Positions 49,059 to 61,094 of a stretch of 64,000 nt of DNA are shown here, piece by piece (the first letter of the stretch is position 1; every line of letters starts with the position of its first letter). The notes under the pieces are model-generated. The model was not told where the DNA came from, did not search any database, and saw only the letters and a list, made by a program, of their open reading frames with translations. The position numbers and the translations under genes were made by a program. Source of the stretch: an uncultured Actinomycetota bacterium (GTDB lineage: Bacteria; Actinomycetota; Actinomycetes; CAVWCF01); the NCBI GenBank assembly GCA_963753435.1, contig CAVWCF010000001.1:1536001-1600000 (forward strand), given 5' to 3'.

Positions 49059-49107
49059 GAGGGGTCCTTCCCGGTCAATCCAGCCACCCGGTCCACGCCA
49101 ACGACGT

Positions 49108-49130
49108 GTTTCGGCAGGCGGAACGGCGTT
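49108..49130. promoter_or_regulatory. Putative IclR operator
   Basis: GTTTCG-gcagg-CGGAAC-GGCGTT in the divergent intergenic region. Confidence 0.65.
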
Positions 49131-49205
49131 TCCGCACGCTACTCAGCGCGTTTCCGGGGTGTCAATGTGCCAAAGTCCCGTCTCCTTCCCGACACCCGGA
49201 CTACC

Positions 49206-49222
49206 GTTCCGCCCAGCGGAAC
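49206..49222. promoter_or_regulatory. Putative IclR operator (perfect palindrome)
   Basis: GTTCCG-cccag-CGGAAC just upstream of the IclR gene. Confidence 0.7.
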
Positions 49223-49244
49223 TGTCTGCAGGAAGGGAGGTGAC

Positions 49245-50030
49245 GTGGCCGCCGAGCCCACCAAGCCGAAGTCGAGTCAGTCGATCGCCGCGGTCGAGCG
49301 CGCCCTCGACGTCCTCCTGCTCTTCGTGAACACCGGCTCCAAGGATCTGGGCGTAACCGAGATCTCCGGCGAACTCGGCCTGTCCAAGGCGGCCGTCCAC
49401 CGAATCCTGACGTCGTTGCGGTCCCGGGACCTGGTCAACGTCGACGAAGACAGCCGCCGCTACACGCTCGGGCCCGGTGCGCTGGCCCTGGGCCAGGCGT
49501 ACCTGTCCCGTCTGGACATCCGGGCGCTGGGCCGACCCGAGTTGGAGGCTCTCTCCGCGGCCACCCGCGAGACGGCCACCATGTCGCTGCGATCGGGGAC
49601 GCAGCGGGTGTACGTGGCCCAGGTGGTGCCGCCACGCGAGGTGCGCATGGAGGTACCTCTGGGTGTGCCGTATCCGATTCACGCTGGCGCCAGCAGCAAG
49701 GCCTTCCTGGCATTTCTGCCGCCCACGGAGTTGGAGCCGCTGCTCACCGGATCGCTGCCCAAAGTGACGCCGGAGACCGTGACCGACCCGGTCGAGCTGC
49801 GCAAGGAGTTGGCCGAGATCCGCGCCCGTGGTTACGCGCTAAGCCTCGGGGAGCGGCAGGCCGGCGCCGGTTCGGTGGCCGCACCGATCCGGGATGCGGA
49901 CGGCTACCCGGTGGCTGTGGTCAGCGTGAGCGGGCCGCTGGACCGTTTCGCCGAGGAGGTGCCGCAGTGCACCGACCTGCTGCTCGCGGCGGTGAAACGC
50001 CTGTCCAGCCGCATGGGCTACCGCGGCTGA
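49245..50030 (+). CDS. IclR family transcriptional regulator
   Basis: VERALDVL, GVTEIS..LGLSKAAVHRIL, ETA, HAGASSKA, RGYA, SVAAPI, SVSGP. Confidence 0.95.
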   Translation: MAAEPTKPKSSQSIAAVERALDVLLLFVNTGSKDLGVTEISGELGLSKAAVHRILTSLRSRDLVNVDEDSRRYTLGPGALALGQAYLSRLDIRALGRPELEALSAATRETATMSLRSGTQRVYVAQVVPPREVRMEVPLGVPYPIHAGASSKAFLAFLPPTELEPLLTGSLPKVTPETVTDPVELRKELAEIRARGYALSLGERQAGAGSVAAPIRDADGYPVAVVSVSGPLDRFAEEVPQCTDLLLAAVKRLSSRMGYRG

Positions 50031-50034
50031 TTGG

Positions 50035-50083
50035 CTTGAATGCCGCATTCACGCGACTAGAGCGCCCGAATGCCGCATTCAAG
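50035..50083. repeat. REP-like palindromic element, family B / possible bidirectional terminator
   Basis: CTTGAATGCCGCATTC...GAATGCCGCATTCAAG, between convergent genes. Confidence 0.65.
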
Positions 50084-50102
50084 GCTTGCAGCCCGGGCTG
50101 GG

Positions 50103-50966
50103 TCAGCCGAAGCGGCCGGAGATGTAGTCCTCGGTGCGCTTGTCCGCCGGTGACGTGAAGATCGTGTGGGTGTCGTCGATCTCCACGAGCCGCCCGTGCC
50201 GCACGCCGTGGGAGTCCACCTCGGCGGTGAAGAACGCGGTCCGGTCCGAAACGCGAGCGGCCTGCTGCATGTTGTGAGTGACGATGATGATCGTGTACTC
50301 CGTCGCCAGGTTTTGCATCAGGTCCTCGATCTTCTGTGTGGCGATCGGGTCCAGTGATGCGCACGGCTCATCCATCAGGATCACGTCGGGCTGCACGGCG
50401 ATGCAGCGGGCGATGCACAGCCGCTGCTGCTGACCACCGGACAACGCGTACGCGTTCTTGTCCAACTGGTCCTTGACCTCGTCCCACAGGGCCGCCCGCG
50501 TCAACGCCTCCTCGACGAGGTCGTCCATGCTGTCGATCTTCCAGCCGTTTACCCGTGGGCCGTAGGCGATGTTGTCGTAGATGGACTTGGGGAACGGGTT
50601 CGGCTTCTGGAACACCATGCCGACGCGGCGACGCAACTCGATCACGTCGACCTCAGGGGCGTACAGGTCCTGACCGTGATACGTGATCTTGCCGGTGATG
50701 TGAGCGCCCGGGATCAGGTCGTTCATGCGGTCGAAGCAGCGCAGCACCGTGCTCTTGCCGCATCCGGACGGACCGATCATCGCGGAGATCTGGTTGGCGT
50801 AGAACGTCATGTCCACGTTGCGCACGGCCTCGTAGTCCTCGTAGAAGACGGACAGGTCGTGCGTCTGCATAACGGCTGTGCTGTCTCCGGTTGCACGGTC
50901 CCGCGCGGCCACCTGTGGCGTCTTGGCCAGGTCCTTCGGGTCGTGCTCGGGGGTAACCGTGGTCAT
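50103..50966 (-). CDS. pstB: Phosphate ABC transporter ATPase
   Basis: [41 protein letters not shown]. Confidence 0.96.
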   Translation of the reverse strand: MTTVTPEHDPKDLAKTPQVAARDRATGDSTAVMQTHDLSVFYEDYEAVRNVDMTFYANQISAMIGPSGCGKSTVLRCFDRMNDLIPGAHITGKITYHGQDLYAPEVDVIELRRRVGMVFQKPNPFPKSIYDNIAYGPRVNGWKIDSMDDLVEEALTRAALWDEVKDQLDKNAYALSGGQQQRLCIARCIAVQPDVILMDEPCASLDPIATQKIEDLMQNLATEYTIIIVTHNMQQAARVSDRTAFFTAEVDSHGVRHGRLVEIDDTHTIFTSPADKRTEDYISGRFG

Positions 50967-50971
50967 GGCCG

Positions 50972-51874
50972 TCACCACTTCTTCGTGTATCGGTTGCGGA
51001 CGATGATCGCGATCGAGTTCATGATGAGCAACAGCACCAAGAGAACCACGATCGTTGCCGAGGCGAGCGTCTGGAACTCCTCGCGGGGGTCCTTGACCCA
51101 GTTGAAGATCTGAATCGGCAACGTCGTGTAGGCGCTGTCGAATCCGCTCGGATTGAATCGGATGAAGCCGGCGGCGCCGATCAGCAGCAGCGGAGCCGCC
51201 TCGCCGATGGCCCGCGACAGCGCCAGGATGGAACCGGTCGCCATGCCGGGGATGGCGCTGGGCAGTACCTGCCGCCAGGTCGTCTGCCACTTGGACGCGC
51301 CGAGCGCGAGGGATCCGAGCCGGATCTCCTGCGGTACCGCGCGGATCGCCTCGCGGGAGGCGATGATCACGACCGGCAGCACGAGCAGCGCCAGGGTTAT
51401 GGACGCCGTGGCGACGGTGAAGCCAAAGCCGAATCCGCGGGCGATGACCCCGAGGCCGAGGATGCCGTAGATGATCGACGGAACGGCCGCGAGGTTGGCG
51501 ATGTTCACTTCGACGAAAGTGAAGAACTTGTTCGCCGGGTTGCCGTACTCCTCCAGGAAGATGGCGGCAGCGATGCCGATCGGGATGGCCAACAGGGCGG
51601 TCCCGGACATCACCCAGATCGTGCCCAGGATGGCGGACTGAGCTCCGGAGTTCTCCGCGCTCACCTGGGACGGCTGGTTTGTGAACAGTCGCGAGTCCAG
51701 CCGGTCCCAGCCGTCGATGACGACGGTGGTCAGCAGGACCGCGATGAAGATGACGCCAACGCAAAGTGCGGCGAAGAGGACGTATCGGAACACCCGGTCG
51801 GCCGGGCTCTCCTTGTTGCCGGCGATGAGCCGGGAGATGTCCGGTGCGCGATAGGCCTTGGTCGGCGTGGACAT
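50972..51874 (-). CDS. pstA: Phosphate ABC transporter permease
   Basis: [31 protein letters not shown]. Confidence 0.94.
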   Translation of the reverse strand: MSTPTKAYRAPDISRLIAGNKESPADRVFRYVLFAALCVGVIFIAVLLTTVVIDGWDRLDSRLFTNQPSQVSAENSGAQSAILGTIWVMSGTALLAIPIGIAAAIFLEEYGNPANKFFTFVEVNIANLAAVPSIIYGILGLGVIARGFGFGFTVATASITLALLVLPVVIIASREAIRAVPQEIRLGSLALGASKWQTTWRQVLPSAIPGMATGSILALSRAIGEAAPLLLIGAAGFIRFNPSGFDSAYTTLPIQIFNWVKDPREEFQTLASATIVVLLVLLLIMNSIAIIVRNRYTKKW

Positions 51875-52806
51875 CAGTAGGCCTTCCGCAAACGGCGAAC
51901 CAGGCGGATGCTGACCAGGTTCATCGCCAGCGTCATCACGAACAGCAGTGCGCCGACGGCAAAGATGGTGTCGTACTCGACGGTGCCCACCGGTACATCG
52001 CCGGAGCCGGCCTGAGCGATGTAGCCGGTCATGGTCTGCATGGCCTCCAGCGGGTTCCAGGAAAGGTTGGGCAGGTTGCCGGCCGCGATCGTCACGATCA
52101 TGGTCTCCCCGACGGCCCGGGAGATGCCGAGGACCAGGGCCGCGGTGATGCCGGAGATGGCAGCCGGGAAGACCACGTTCAGGGTGATCTGGCGCTTGGT
52201 GGCGCCGAGGGCGTAGCCGCCGTTGCGCAGGGCGTCCGGCACCGCATGCATCGCGTCCTCAGCGAGGGACGCGACGGTTGGAACGATCATGATGCCGACC
52301 ATCAGGCCGGCCGACAGCGCGTTGAAGATCTGGGTGGAGGGGAACACCGTCTGCAGGATCGGTGTCACGAACTCCAGGGCGAAGAAGCCGAACACCACGG
52401 TGGGAATGCCGGCCAGTAGTTCCAGGATGGGCTTGAAGGTCTTGCGGACCCGCGGCCCGGCGTACTCGGACAGGTACATCGCGGATGCCAAGCCGATCGG
52501 CGCGGCTACGACCATGCCGATGAGGGAGATCAGCAGCGTCGCGGTGACCAGCGGGATAACGCCGTACGACGGCGGCTCGAAGAGAGGTGACCAGTTCGTT
52601 CCCGTGATGAAGTCGGAGAACGGGACAAGCGTGAAGAATTCTGCGGCTGGTACGAACAGTGAGATAACGATGCCGAGGGTCGTCGCCACCGATACCAAAG
52701 CCGCGACCACGAGGGTCGACTCGACGATCCGGTCGCCCCACCGAACCTGCTTCCGGTCCAGAGACGGGGTCTCTGGACCGGAAGCCTGGTCAGCCAGCAG
52801 TGTCAC
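51874..52806 (-). CDS. pstC: Phosphate ABC transporter permease
   Basis: [26 protein letters not shown]. Confidence 0.94.
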   Translation of the reverse strand: MTLLADQASGPETPSLDRKQVRWGDRIVESTLVVAALVSVATTLGIVISLFVPAAEFFTLVPFSDFITGTNWSPLFEPPSYGVIPLVTATLLISLIGMVVAAPIGLASAMYLSEYAGPRVRKTFKPILELLAGIPTVVFGFFALEFVTPILQTVFPSTQIFNALSAGLMVGIMIVPTVASLAEDAMHAVPDALRNGGYALGATKRQITLNVVFPAAISGITAALVLGISRAVGETMIVTIAAGNLPNLSWNPLEAMQTMTGYIAQAGSGDVPVGTVEYDTIFAVGALLFVMTLAMNLVSIRLVRRLRKAY

Positions 52807-52842
52807 GTCGACAGTCTTGCGTTAGTCGGGTCGTCGGCGCTA

Positions 52843-53805
52843 TCAGCTACCGGAGATCGACGCCCAGGTCGACTCCAGTTCGGCCCGCTGGTCATCGTTC
52901 AGCGGGATGTAGCCGGCAGCCTCGGCGATCTCGGCGTCGTTGGCGACGACGAAGTCGAAGAAGGCCTTGACTGCCTCGTTCTCGGCCACGGCGTTTGTGC
53001 TCGGGTAGATGAACAGCGGGCGGGACAGCGGGGTGTAGGAGCCGTCCTGCGCGGTCTCAGCGCTTGGGGTCACGCAGCCGGCGCCGCTGTCGATCTGAAC
53101 GGCCTTCAAGGTGTCGGCGTTCTCCTCGAAGTACGTGTAGCCGAAGTAGCCGAGGCCGCCCTTGCTGCCCTGCACGCCCTTGACGATCACGTTGTCGTCT
53201 TCTGACGGCTGGAAGTCGGTGCGGCTGGCGCCTTCTTCGCCGTTGATCTCGTCGGTGAAGTAGTCAAAGGTGCCGGAGTCGGTGCCGGGGCCGAACAGGG
53301 CCAGCGGCTCGTCGGGGAAGCCGTCACGGATGTCCGCCCAGCTGGTGGCCGTCGAGTCGGGCCCCCACATGACGTTCAGCTCCTCGACGGTGAGGCACTC
53401 GGCCCAGTCGTTCTCGGTGTTCACAACGACCGTCAGCGCGTCCACGGCGACAGTGAGCTCCTCGAACTCCACACCGTTCTCGGCGCAGATCGCAGCCTCT
53501 TCGTCCTTGACCGGCCGGGAGGCGTCGTTTGCGTCCGTCTCTCCGACGCAGAACTTCTCGAAGCCACCGCCGGTGCCGGACGTGCCGACGGACACCTGCA
53601 CACCGGGCTGCTCCTCGCCGAAGAACTCCGCTGCTGCGGAGGTGAAGGGAGCGACGGTGCTGGAACCGTCGATGCGGACCGAGCCGGTCAGGTCCCCGCC
53701 GCCGGTTTCGCCATTGTCGTCACTGCTGCAGCCGGCGGTGATCAGGCCCAGGGCCAGCACGGCTGCGGCGGGCGCCAGCGCCCGACTTGTCCTGCGGAGA
53801 TTCAC
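52843..53805 (-). CDS. pstS: Phosphate ABC transporter substrate-binding lipoprotein
   Basis: Lipobox TAGC; DGSSTV, GTGGGF, DSGTFDYF, YTPLSRPLFIY. Confidence 0.95.
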   Translation of the reverse strand: MNLRRTSRALAPAAAVLALGLITAGCSSDDNGETGGGDLTGSVRIDGSSTVAPFTSAAAEFFGEEQPGVQVSVGTSGTGGGFEKFCVGETDANDASRPVKDEEAAICAENGVEFEELTVAVDALTVVVNTENDWAECLTVEELNVMWGPDSTATSWADIRDGFPDEPLALFGPGTDSGTFDYFTDEINGEEGASRTDFQPSEDDNVIVKGVQGSKGGLGYFGYTYFEENADTLKAVQIDSGAGCVTPSAETAQDGSYTPLSRPLFIYPSTNAVAENEAVKAFFDFVVANDAEIAEAAGYIPLNDDQRAELESTWASISGS

Positions 53806-53886
53806 GCGATTGGTCCCTTCGTTGTGACCGCGAAACCCCTGCGGTCGACGTTGTTGTCATCGGGACCGTAGGGGTGCCAGGTGGCC

Positions 53887-53919
53887 GGTCCGGGAACGGT
53901 GGATGAACGGCCGGTGAAC
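53887..53919 (-). promoter_or_regulatory. PHO box (PhoP/RegX3-type), three 11-nt direct repeats
   Basis: Minus strand reads GTTCACCGGCC GTTCATCCACC GTTCCCGGACC upstream of pstS. Confidence 0.85.
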
Positions 53920-53943
53920 GAAAGGAAGCAGTCGGGGAACGGG

Positions 53944-54828
53944 TCAGCGCGCCACCGAGCCGAGCGGCGCGGGTTCGGGTGCAGCGTGGGTTTCGACCGC
54001 CACTGGGATGCCGTCGGCCAGGTGCACCACGTGGGCGGCGGCCAGGTCCAAGCCGCCGATGGGCACGTCGAGGGCTGCGCCCAGCGCGGGGAACAACGGA
54101 CGGTGGGTGCAGACGGCAGTGGGGGTGCCGGACGCAGCCAGCGCGCGGATGCGCCCTCCCGCTGCCTCCGGGTGCCTTTCGAAGGCCGCCTCCGACAGCG
54201 CCGGTTCCACTTCCAACGTGACGCGGGCCTGTTCGCAGTAGGGCGTCACCGTGCGCAGGCAGCGGTCCGCGTCGGAGGAGACCACCCGGGTGACCCCGTA
54301 GGCACGCAACAGCCCGGTCAACGCCAGAGCCTGACGCTGCCCCTCCTCCGTCAGCGGTCGCAGGTCGTCCGGTCCGTCCCAGTCCCCCCGCCGAACCGCT
54401 CGCGCGTGGCGCACCAGCAACAGCGGAGCGGAGTCAGCGTCCGCGGCCCATTCGTGCAACAGGTCCGCGTCCCGCGACCACGTCAGGGTGCGGGCGGCTT
54501 CGGGAACCGGCAGCCAGCGCAGGTCGTCCACCTCCGCATGCGCAGTGAACCGGCCGACGCCGGCCCGACCGGACCAGTAGTGCACGTGCTTGGTTCGGCC
54601 GTTGACCAGGTATTCCTGCATCGATAGCGGTCGACCGAGGGTCACTGCGTGGCCGGTCTCCTCGGCTGTCTCGCGCACCGCCGTGGCCCACAACGGCTCG
54701 CCGGCTTCGGTCTTGCCCTTGGGCAGGCTCCAGTCGTCGTATTTGGGCCGGTGCACTAGTGCGACTTCCCGGCCGCGACTGGAGTCGCGCCACAGGACCA
54801 CCCCGGCGGCCAGGATCGGTTCAGCCAC
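53944..54828 (-). CDS. NUDIX hydrolase-histidine phosphatase fusion (MutT1-like)
   Basis: HRPKYDDWSLPKGK, A.RE..EETG, LVRHA.A. Confidence 0.9.
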   Translation of the reverse strand: MAEPILAAGVVLWRDSSRGREVALVHRPKYDDWSLPKGKTEAGEPLWATAVRETAEETGHAVTLGRPLSMQEYLVNGRTKHVHYWSGRAGVGRFTAHAEVDDLRWLPVPEAARTLTWSRDADLLHEWAADADSAPLLLVRHARAVRRGDWDGPDDLRPLTEEGQRQALALTGLLRAYGVTRVVSSDADRCLRTVTPYCEQARVTLEVEPALSEAAFERHPEAAGGRIRALAASGTPTAVCTHRPLFPALGAALDVPIGGLDLAAAHVVHLADGIPVAVETHAAPEPAPLGSVAR

Positions 54829-54870
54829 TGTCCCTCACTGGTGTTGGACCTTCGCGCTTCGACGGGGGAG

Positions 54871-56457
54871 TCATTGTGCGCCGAGCCACCGGCGGTGGCG
54901 GGGGTGGGCGGCTTGCGGCCAGCGCTTCAAGAAGCGACGACGAACCGCGGCGCAGGCGTCCCGTTGCAGTCCGTACAACTCCCCGAGGGCGAACCCAGCC
55001 GACCCGGACACATGCGGCCGGTGGGCCAGCGCGTGCACTTCATCTGCGGCAACAGCGGCGTCCTGGTGCTCGCCGAGCAACTCAGTGAGTGACTCCATGC
55101 GCTCGGCGAATTGGGCCGCATCCGCACCGAGAGTGGGTGCCACCGCCTCGGCCGCGTACCGCACGCGCTTGGCCGCTATCCGCGTTTCGTGCCAGGGCTC
55201 GTCCGGCGAGCGCAGTCCGAGCTTGCGCACGTCCTTGGCTAGTCGCGTCCAGGACTTGGCTACCAAGGGCGGCAGCACGTCCTTCGCCGGATCCGCCGCC
55301 GCCTGCGTCAGCGGCGGATCGTTCGCGGCCCGCAGGAGGGAGTCCAGCAGCGCCAGGTAGCGCGGCGAGCGAAGGGCGGCGAGAGCCTGTGCGCGTGCGT
55401 CCGCCATCCCGTCTTCCAGCGCGGCCACCACGACCGCCGACGCCTCGTCCGCCTCGGCGTGCTCAGGCAAGCGCTGCAGATCCCGCAACAGTCGGGCTTC
55501 AAGCACCTCCCGGTCCCGCGCCGCTCCCAGGGCCCCTGCCAGCCACGCCAATTCCGCGCGCAGCGGGTCGGACCAGTCTGCGTCCAGCAACGGTGCGAAC
55601 ACCTTCATGCCACTGCGCATGCGGCGCGCGGCCACGCGCATCTGGTGCACTGCGTCATCCAGTCCCAGCCGAACCCGTGGGTCCTGGCGCAGCAGCGCCC
55701 GAACCTGGGTTGCCAGGTATGCACGCACGGCGTCGCCGGCCGGGTCGTTGGGCGTGGCTGCGGGAACGTCGGGAACGTCCGGTGGGGCCGCCGAAGCCGG
55801 ACCTAGGGCCCGGCTGACCTTGGACGTGAAGGTGCCCTGGATTGCGCCGGCGTGCCTTAGTCGGGCGTCCAGGTCGTCGAGAGTTTGGCTGGTGACCCTC
55901 CCGCTGATCTCGACCTCCACCTCGCGGAACCGGGCCGCGACGTGGTCACCGTCCAGCACCGAAACCGTGTCGTCGGTCAGTTCGGCCAGGAGGTCGTTGC
56001 CCCCGCTGAGCAACTCGTAGGCGCGCCGCTCGGTGCGCAATGTGGCCACCGGCTGCAGCGCGGCCGACCGGCACCAAGCCGTCGTCAGCTCCCGAAGGGA
56101 CTCGGGGATCGACGGTCCTGCCTGCAGTGGCACCTGATGTTCGGTACGCGCACCCGGCTCGTTTTCGGGCAACTTGAGGTGCCAACCGTCGTCCACGCCG
56201 CCTTCACGACGGCGCAGGGTGATGCCGGACCGGGCCAGGCGCAGGTCCTCGGTGTCGTAGTAGACGGCCAGCAGTTCCATCGGTGGCAACGCGCGAACGG
56301 TTTCGACGTCCGGCAGTTCGCCAAGCGGCGGCAGCCGGAACAGCCCGTGCACCTTGTACTTGCGCTCAACCTCCAGGTGCTGGGTCGGCGAATCCTCAGT
56401 CGTGGTGATACCCGCATCGGTTGAGTCGGTTGGTTGCACCTGGCTCACGGAGCCCAA
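54871..56457 (-). CDS. CYTH + CHAD domain protein
   Basis: EVERKY, YYDT.DLRL, D.GWHLK; VHQMRVA.RR.RS, H..RI.AKR.RY, LGEHQD. Confidence 0.92.
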   Translation of the reverse strand: MGSVSQVQPTDSTDAGITTTEDSPTQHLEVERKYKVHGLFRLPPLGELPDVETVRALPPMELLAVYYDTEDLRLARSGITLRRREGGVDDGWHLKLPENEPGARTEHQVPLQAGPSIPESLRELTTAWCRSAALQPVATLRTERRAYELLSGGNDLLAELTDDTVSVLDGDHVAARFREVEVEISGRVTSQTLDDLDARLRHAGAIQGTFTSKVSRALGPASAAPPDVPDVPAATPNDPAGDAVRAYLATQVRALLRQDPRVRLGLDDAVHQMRVAARRMRSGMKVFAPLLDADWSDPLRAELAWLAGALGAARDREVLEARLLRDLQRLPEHAEADEASAVVVAALEDGMADARAQALAALRSPRYLALLDSLLRAANDPPLTQAAADPAKDVLPPLVAKSWTRLAKDVRKLGLRSPDEPWHETRIAAKRVRYAAEAVAPTLGADAAQFAERMESLTELLGEHQDAAVAADEVHALAHRPHVSGSAGFALGELYGLQRDACAAVRRRFLKRWPQAAHPRHRRWLGAQ

Positions 56458-58538
56458 CCGCGGTTCTGCAGGAGAACAGCCTGAATGTCGGTTAGCCGCT
56501 CTCCGGAAGCCGTGGTGGCGATGCGTTGCCAGGTGTCATCCGGTTGCAGGTGCCAGGCGTCCACGTCGTCGGACAACCCCAGGTCGAGCAGTTGCGTCAG
56601 CCGCTGCACGTGCTCGGGGTCGGCGATGCTGACCAGCGCCTCTACCCGCCGATCGAGGTTGCGGTGCATCAGATCGGCGCTGCCGATCCAGACCTGTGGA
56701 CGCCCGCCGCTGGCGAACCAGTAGATGCGCGAATGCTCCAGGAACCGCCCCAAGATGCTGCGGACCTTCAGGTTGGACTCGCTCAGGTCGGGGACTCCGG
56801 CCCGAAGCCCGCAGATGCCACGTACCCAGACCTCCACCGGGACGCCGGCGTCAGCGGCGGCGTAGAGGGCGTCCATCGTGCGCTCGTCCACGATCGAGTT
56901 CACCTTGAAGCGGATACCGGCAGGTCGACCGGCCCGATGGTGCTCGATTTCGGATTCGATCCGTTCGATCAGCCCGTCGCGGATGGAATGCGGGGCGACC
57001 AGCAGCCGTCCGTACTCGGTGTGCCGGGAGTACCCGGACAGCACGTTGAAGAGGTGGGTGACGTCGTCGGCCACCATGGGATCGGCGGTGATCAGCCCGA
57101 GGTCTTCGTATAGACGTGCCGTCTTGGGGTGGTAGTTGCCAGTGCCGATGTGGGTGTACCGGCGGATGGTGTCGCCTTCCCGCCGAACCACCAGCGACGC
57201 CTTGCAGTGCGTCTTGAGGCCGACCACTCCGTAGACGACGTGGCAGCCGGCCTCCTCAAGTTTGCGGGCCCGGCGGATGTTGGCCTGCTCGTCGAAGCGG
57301 GCTTTGATCTCGACCAGAGCCAGCACCTGCTTGCCCGCGTCCGCGGCGTCGATCAACGCGTCGACGATGGGGGAGTCGGCGCTGGTTCGGTACAGCGTCT
57401 GCTTGATGGCGAGGACGTCCGGGTCCCGCGCCGCCTGCTCCAGGAACGCCTGCACCGACGTGCTGAACGACTCGTAGGGGTGATGCAGCAGGATGTCCCG
57501 GTCGCGGGCGACCGCGAAGATGTCGGGCACCTCGGACGTCTCCACCTCGGACAGGTCGAAACTGGTGCGCGGCACGAATGGCGGGTCTTTGAGGTCGCCG
57601 CGGTCGACGCTGTGCAGCGCCCAAAGGCCGGTGAGGTCCAGCGGTTCGGGCAGCGCGAACACCTCGTGCTCGTGCACGCCGAGTTCGCGGATCAGCAGGT
57701 CGAGGACGTGGGGGTCCATGTCCTCGCCGATCTCCAGGCGAACCGCCGGCCCGAACCGGCGGCGGGTCAGCTCGGTCTCCATCGCGTGCAGCAGGTTCTC
57801 CGCGTCGTCCTCCTCGACGGAGACGTCCTCATTCCGCGTTACGCGGAAGGTGTAGTGGCTGAGCACCTGCATGCCGGGGAAGAGCTGGTCCAGGTGCGCA
57901 GCGATCACGTCCTCCAGCGGAACGAATCGCTGCTCGTTGACCCGGTAGAAGCGCGGCAGCAGCTGGGGCACCTTCACCCGGGCGAAGTGCTCGCCGCGCG
58001 TTTCCGGGTTGCGCACCACGACTGCGAGGTTCAGCGACAGCCCGGAGATGTACGGGAACGGGTGGGCGGGGTCCACCGCCAGCGGCGTCAGAACTGGGAA
58101 GACCTGGTCGATGAACAGCTGTTCCATGCGCTTGCGTTCGTCATCGGTCAACGCCCGCCAGCGGACCACCTCGATGCCTTCCTCGGCGAGGGCCGGCGCG
58201 ATCTCGTCGCGGTAGGTGATCGCGTGCTGGCGCATCTGCTCGCGGGCTTCGGTCAGGATGGCCGCGTACACGTCGCGCGGGGCGTCCCCGCTGGCGTTGC
58301 GCACGGCGATGCCGGCGCTGATCCGGCGCTTGAGACCGGCAACCCGGACCATGAAGAACTCGTCGAGGTTCGAGGCGTAGATGGCGCAGAACTTGGCCCG
58401 CTCCAGCAACGGCTGCGCCGGGTCCTGCGCCAATTCCAGTACGCGGCGGTTGAACGCCAACCAGGACTGTTCCCGGTCGGAGTACCGCCGTACGGATGGT
58501 GTGGATTCGTCGCTGACCGATGGGGAAGCCGATGCCAT
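56445..58538 (-). CDS. ppk1: Polyphosphate kinase 1
   Basis: [51 protein letters not shown]. Confidence 0.96.
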   Translation of the reverse strand: MASASPSVSDESTPSVRRYSDREQSWLAFNRRVLELAQDPAQPLLERAKFCAIYASNLDEFFMVRVAGLKRRISAGIAVRNASGDAPRDVYAAILTEAREQMRQHAITYRDEIAPALAEEGIEVVRWRALTDDERKRMEQLFIDQVFPVLTPLAVDPAHPFPYISGLSLNLAVVVRNPETRGEHFARVKVPQLLPRFYRVNEQRFVPLEDVIAAHLDQLFPGMQVLSHYTFRVTRNEDVSVEEDDAENLLHAMETELTRRRFGPAVRLEIGEDMDPHVLDLLIRELGVHEHEVFALPEPLDLTGLWALHSVDRGDLKDPPFVPRTSFDLSEVETSEVPDIFAVARDRDILLHHPYESFSTSVQAFLEQAARDPDVLAIKQTLYRTSADSPIVDALIDAADAGKQVLALVEIKARFDEQANIRRARKLEEAGCHVVYGVVGLKTHCKASLVVRREGDTIRRYTHIGTGNYHPKTARLYEDLGLITADPMVADDVTHLFNVLSGYSRHTEYGRLLVAPHSIRDGLIERIESEIEHHRAGRPAGIRFKVNSIVDERTMDALYAAADAGVPVEVWVRGICGLRAGVPDLSESNLKVRSILGRFLEHSRIYWFASGGRPQVWIGSADLMHRNLDRRVEALVSIADPEHVQRLTQLLDLGLSDDVDAWHLQPDDTWQRIATTASGERLTDIQAVLLQNRGWAP

Positions 58539-58608
58539 GGACGTAGCGTGACACGGTCTCTGCTTGGGCGACCAGAGCGTCCCCAGGTACTCGTGGCGGC
58601 GAGACCAC

Positions 58609-59598
58609 TCAGGGGTGGGCCTGGAACTCCACGTCGGTGTCCCAATGGGTGAAACCCAACTGTTCGTACAGGCGGATGGCCGGCTTGTTGTCGGCATCCA
58701 CGTAGAGCATCGCCGTGGCTAGTCCGGCCGAGCGCAGATGGGCGAGGCCGGCCAGCACCAAGGCGCGACCCAGGCCGGTGCCGCGCTCGGCGGGAAGCAC
58801 CCCCACCACGTACACCTCGCCCAGCCGTTCGTGACCGTGATCGCTGTCGGTACCGGGCGCGGCCGGTGACTCGTGGGGCTCGCCTGAGTGTGCCTCCGGC
58901 GTGTGCGGCTCGGCGCCGTGCACTTTGGTCCAGTGGAAGCCGACCAGGTCCGAGCCGCGTTCGGCCAGGAGGAACCCGCTGGGGTCGAACCAGGACTCCG
59001 CCTGCCGCCGGGACAGGTCCTCGGCACTCCACCGGCCCTGTTCGGGGTGCTCGGCGAAAGCGGCTGCGTTCACGGCCAGCCAGGCCGCGTCGTCCTGACC
59101 GGGAACGAAGGTGCGGATCCGTACGCCGGGCGGCAACTGCGCCGGCGGCAGCGGAGCCCACAGCGACCGTCGCATTTGCCACAGTTCCCGCTGGGAGTCG
59201 AACCCGAGGGTCCCGGCCAGGAACTCCCCGGCCGGATGCAGCCCGTGGGCCCAAACCCGGAGGCCGGCGCCCGTGGTCTCGGTTCGAAGCGCCTCCACCA
59301 ATTGGCGACCCAGGCCCTGCCGGCGGTAATCGGGGTCGACGACCAACTCGGCGCTGGGTCCACGCACCTCATCGGTCGGGTCCAGGTGGGCGTATCCGAC
59401 CAGACGTTCGCCGGCATCGGTCGGCGCGTACAGCAGCAGGCTGCGGTCGCCGTAGTCCCCGCCGTGGCGCAGGTGCAGCGCTACGTGCTCGCTCAGCGGA
59501 CGCACCCCATCGACCTCCGTGGCGCGTTCGACGAGCAGCGCGACGGCCTCGACTTCGGCAGGTTCGAGGTTCGGGACGACCTCAAGCCGCAGGGTCAA
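58609..59598 (-). CDS. mshD: Mycothiol synthase
   Basis: Two GNAT domains; [35 protein letters not shown]. Confidence 0.95.
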   Translation of the reverse strand: MTLRLEVVPNLEPAEVEAVALLVERATEVDGVRPLSEHVALHLRHGGDYGDRSLLLYAPTDAGERLVGYAHLDPTDEVRGPSAELVVDPDYRRQGLGRQLVEALRTETTGAGLRVWAHGLHPAGEFLAGTLGFDSQRELWQMRRSLWAPLPPAQLPPGVRIRTFVPGQDDAAWLAVNAAAFAEHPEQGRWSAEDLSRRQAESWFDPSGFLLAERGSDLVGFHWTKVHGAEPHTPEAHSGEPHESPAAPGTDSDHGHERLGEVYVVGVLPAERGTGLGRALVLAGLAHLRSAGLATAMLYVDADNKPAIRLYEQLGFTHWDTDVEFQAHP

Positions 59599-60293
59599 GG
59601 CGTTACCGGCTGGGCCTCGGCCGAATCGGCCTCCACGAACCGGTAGCCGACACCGCGAACGGTGCCGATGAGCGCCTCATGCTCGGTGCCCAGTTTCGCT
59701 CGCAGTCGGCGGACGTGGACGTCGACCGTGCGGGTGCCGCCGTAGTAGTCGTAGCCCCAAACTTCCTGAAGCAACTGTCCGCGCGTGAAGACGCGTCCGG
59801 GGTGTTGCGCCAGGTACTTCAGCAATTCGAACTCCTTGTACGTGAGGTCGAGAGCGCGGCCGCGCACACTCGCCGTGTACAGCGCCTCATCGACCCGCAC
59901 GTCGCCTCTGGTGATCGCGTCCGGTGCCTCGTCCCCCTCGGCGGTGGCGCGCCCGATGGCCAGGCGGATCCGCGCCTCCAGCTCGGCGGGGCCGGCTTCG
60001 GCGAGCACCACGTCGTCGACGGTCCAGTCGGCGTTGATCGCGGCCAGGGCGCCTTCAGTCACCACGGCGATGAGCGGGGCATCCGTGCCGGTGGTGGTCA
60101 GGAGCCGGCACAGTTCCTTGCGCTGAGTGAGGTGGGCGCGCGCATCAACGAGAATGACGTCGGCCGGTTCGGTGTCCAGCAGTGCGGAGACTTCCGCGGG
60201 CGCGACCCGGACGTGATGCATGAGCAGGTCCAGCGCCGGCAGAACTGAGGCGGACGGGCCGGAGTCGTCTGTCAGCAGGAGTAGCTGCGCCAC
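59595..60293 (-). CDS. glnR: GlnR-type OmpR family response regulator
   Basis: LLLLT...[38 protein letters not shown]; syntenic with mshD. Confidence 0.88.
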   Translation of the reverse strand: MAQLLLLTDDSGPSASVLPALDLLMHHVRVAPAEVSALLDTEPADVILVDARAHLTQRKELCRLLTTTGTDAPLIAVVTEGALAAINADWTVDDVVLAEAGPAELEARIRLAIGRATAEGDEAPDAITRGDVRVDEALYTASVRGRALDLTYKEFELLKYLAQHPGRVFTRGQLLQEVWGYDYYGGTRTVDVHVRRLRAKLGTEHEALIGTVRGVGYRFVEADSAEAQPVTP

Positions 60294-60329
60294 GGCGACC
60301 TCCGTCCTTGAAGCGGGAGGATACGCCAC

Positions 60330-61094
60330 GTGGCGGAAACGGTTCGGCGTCGACTGATCGCCGACGACGGCTCGGTGATCGCGGCGACGCACCACCGCGG
60401 ACCCGTCGGCGCACCGGCGGTGGTGCTCGCGCACGGCTTCACCGGATCGCATGCCCGGCCGGAAGTGCAGGCCATCGTCGAGCAGGTGCAGCGGCGCCTG
60501 TCCGTGATCGCGGTGGACCTGCGCGGTCACGGTCAGTCCGGCGGTTGGAGCACTTTGGGCCACCGCGAGGTGGCCGATGTGCAGGCAGCAGTCCAGTGGG
60601 GCCGCCTGCTCGGCCACGAGCGCATCCTCAGCCTGGGTTTCTCGATGGGCGGGGCGGTCGTGGTCCGGCACGCCGCTGCGTACGGCGGGGTTGACGCGGT
60701 GGCCTCGGTCAGCGCCCCCGCACGCTGGAACTACCGCGGCACAAGGCCGATGCGCACCGCCCACTGGGCCGTGTCCGGCCGGGCGCAGCGAGCCCTACTC
60801 AGCCGCACCCGCGGCACCCGGGTGGACATGCGGGTTTGGGAGACACAGCCATGGCCGGCCGATCCGCGCACGGCGGCAGCGGGGCTGAGCGTGCCCCTGC
60901 TGGTAGTGCACGGTGATGCCGACCATTACTTCCCCGTCGATCACGGTGAGCAGTTGGCCGCCGGCCCGTCGGCGGTCCTTTGGCTTGAAGCGGGCTTCGC
61001 TCACGCCGAAAGCGGCATCGGCCCGGACCTGCTGGAGCGGATCATCGACTGGTTGGCGAACTTGGGCGCAACCGACGACCAGCAGTTACCGTGA
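60330..61094 (+). CDS. Alpha/beta hydrolase
   Basis: [26 protein letters not shown]. Confidence 0.88.
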   Translation: MAETVRRRLIADDGSVIAATHHRGPVGAPAVVLAHGFTGSHARPEVQAIVEQVQRRLSVIAVDLRGHGQSGGWSTLGHREVADVQAAVQWGRLLGHERILSLGFSMGGAVVVRHAAAYGGVDAVASVSAPARWNYRGTRPMRTAHWAVSGRAQRALLSRTRGTRVDMRVWETQPWPADPRTAAAGLSVPLLVVHGDADHYFPVDHGEQLAAGPSAVLWLEAGFAHAESGIGPDLLERIIDWLANLGATDDQQLP

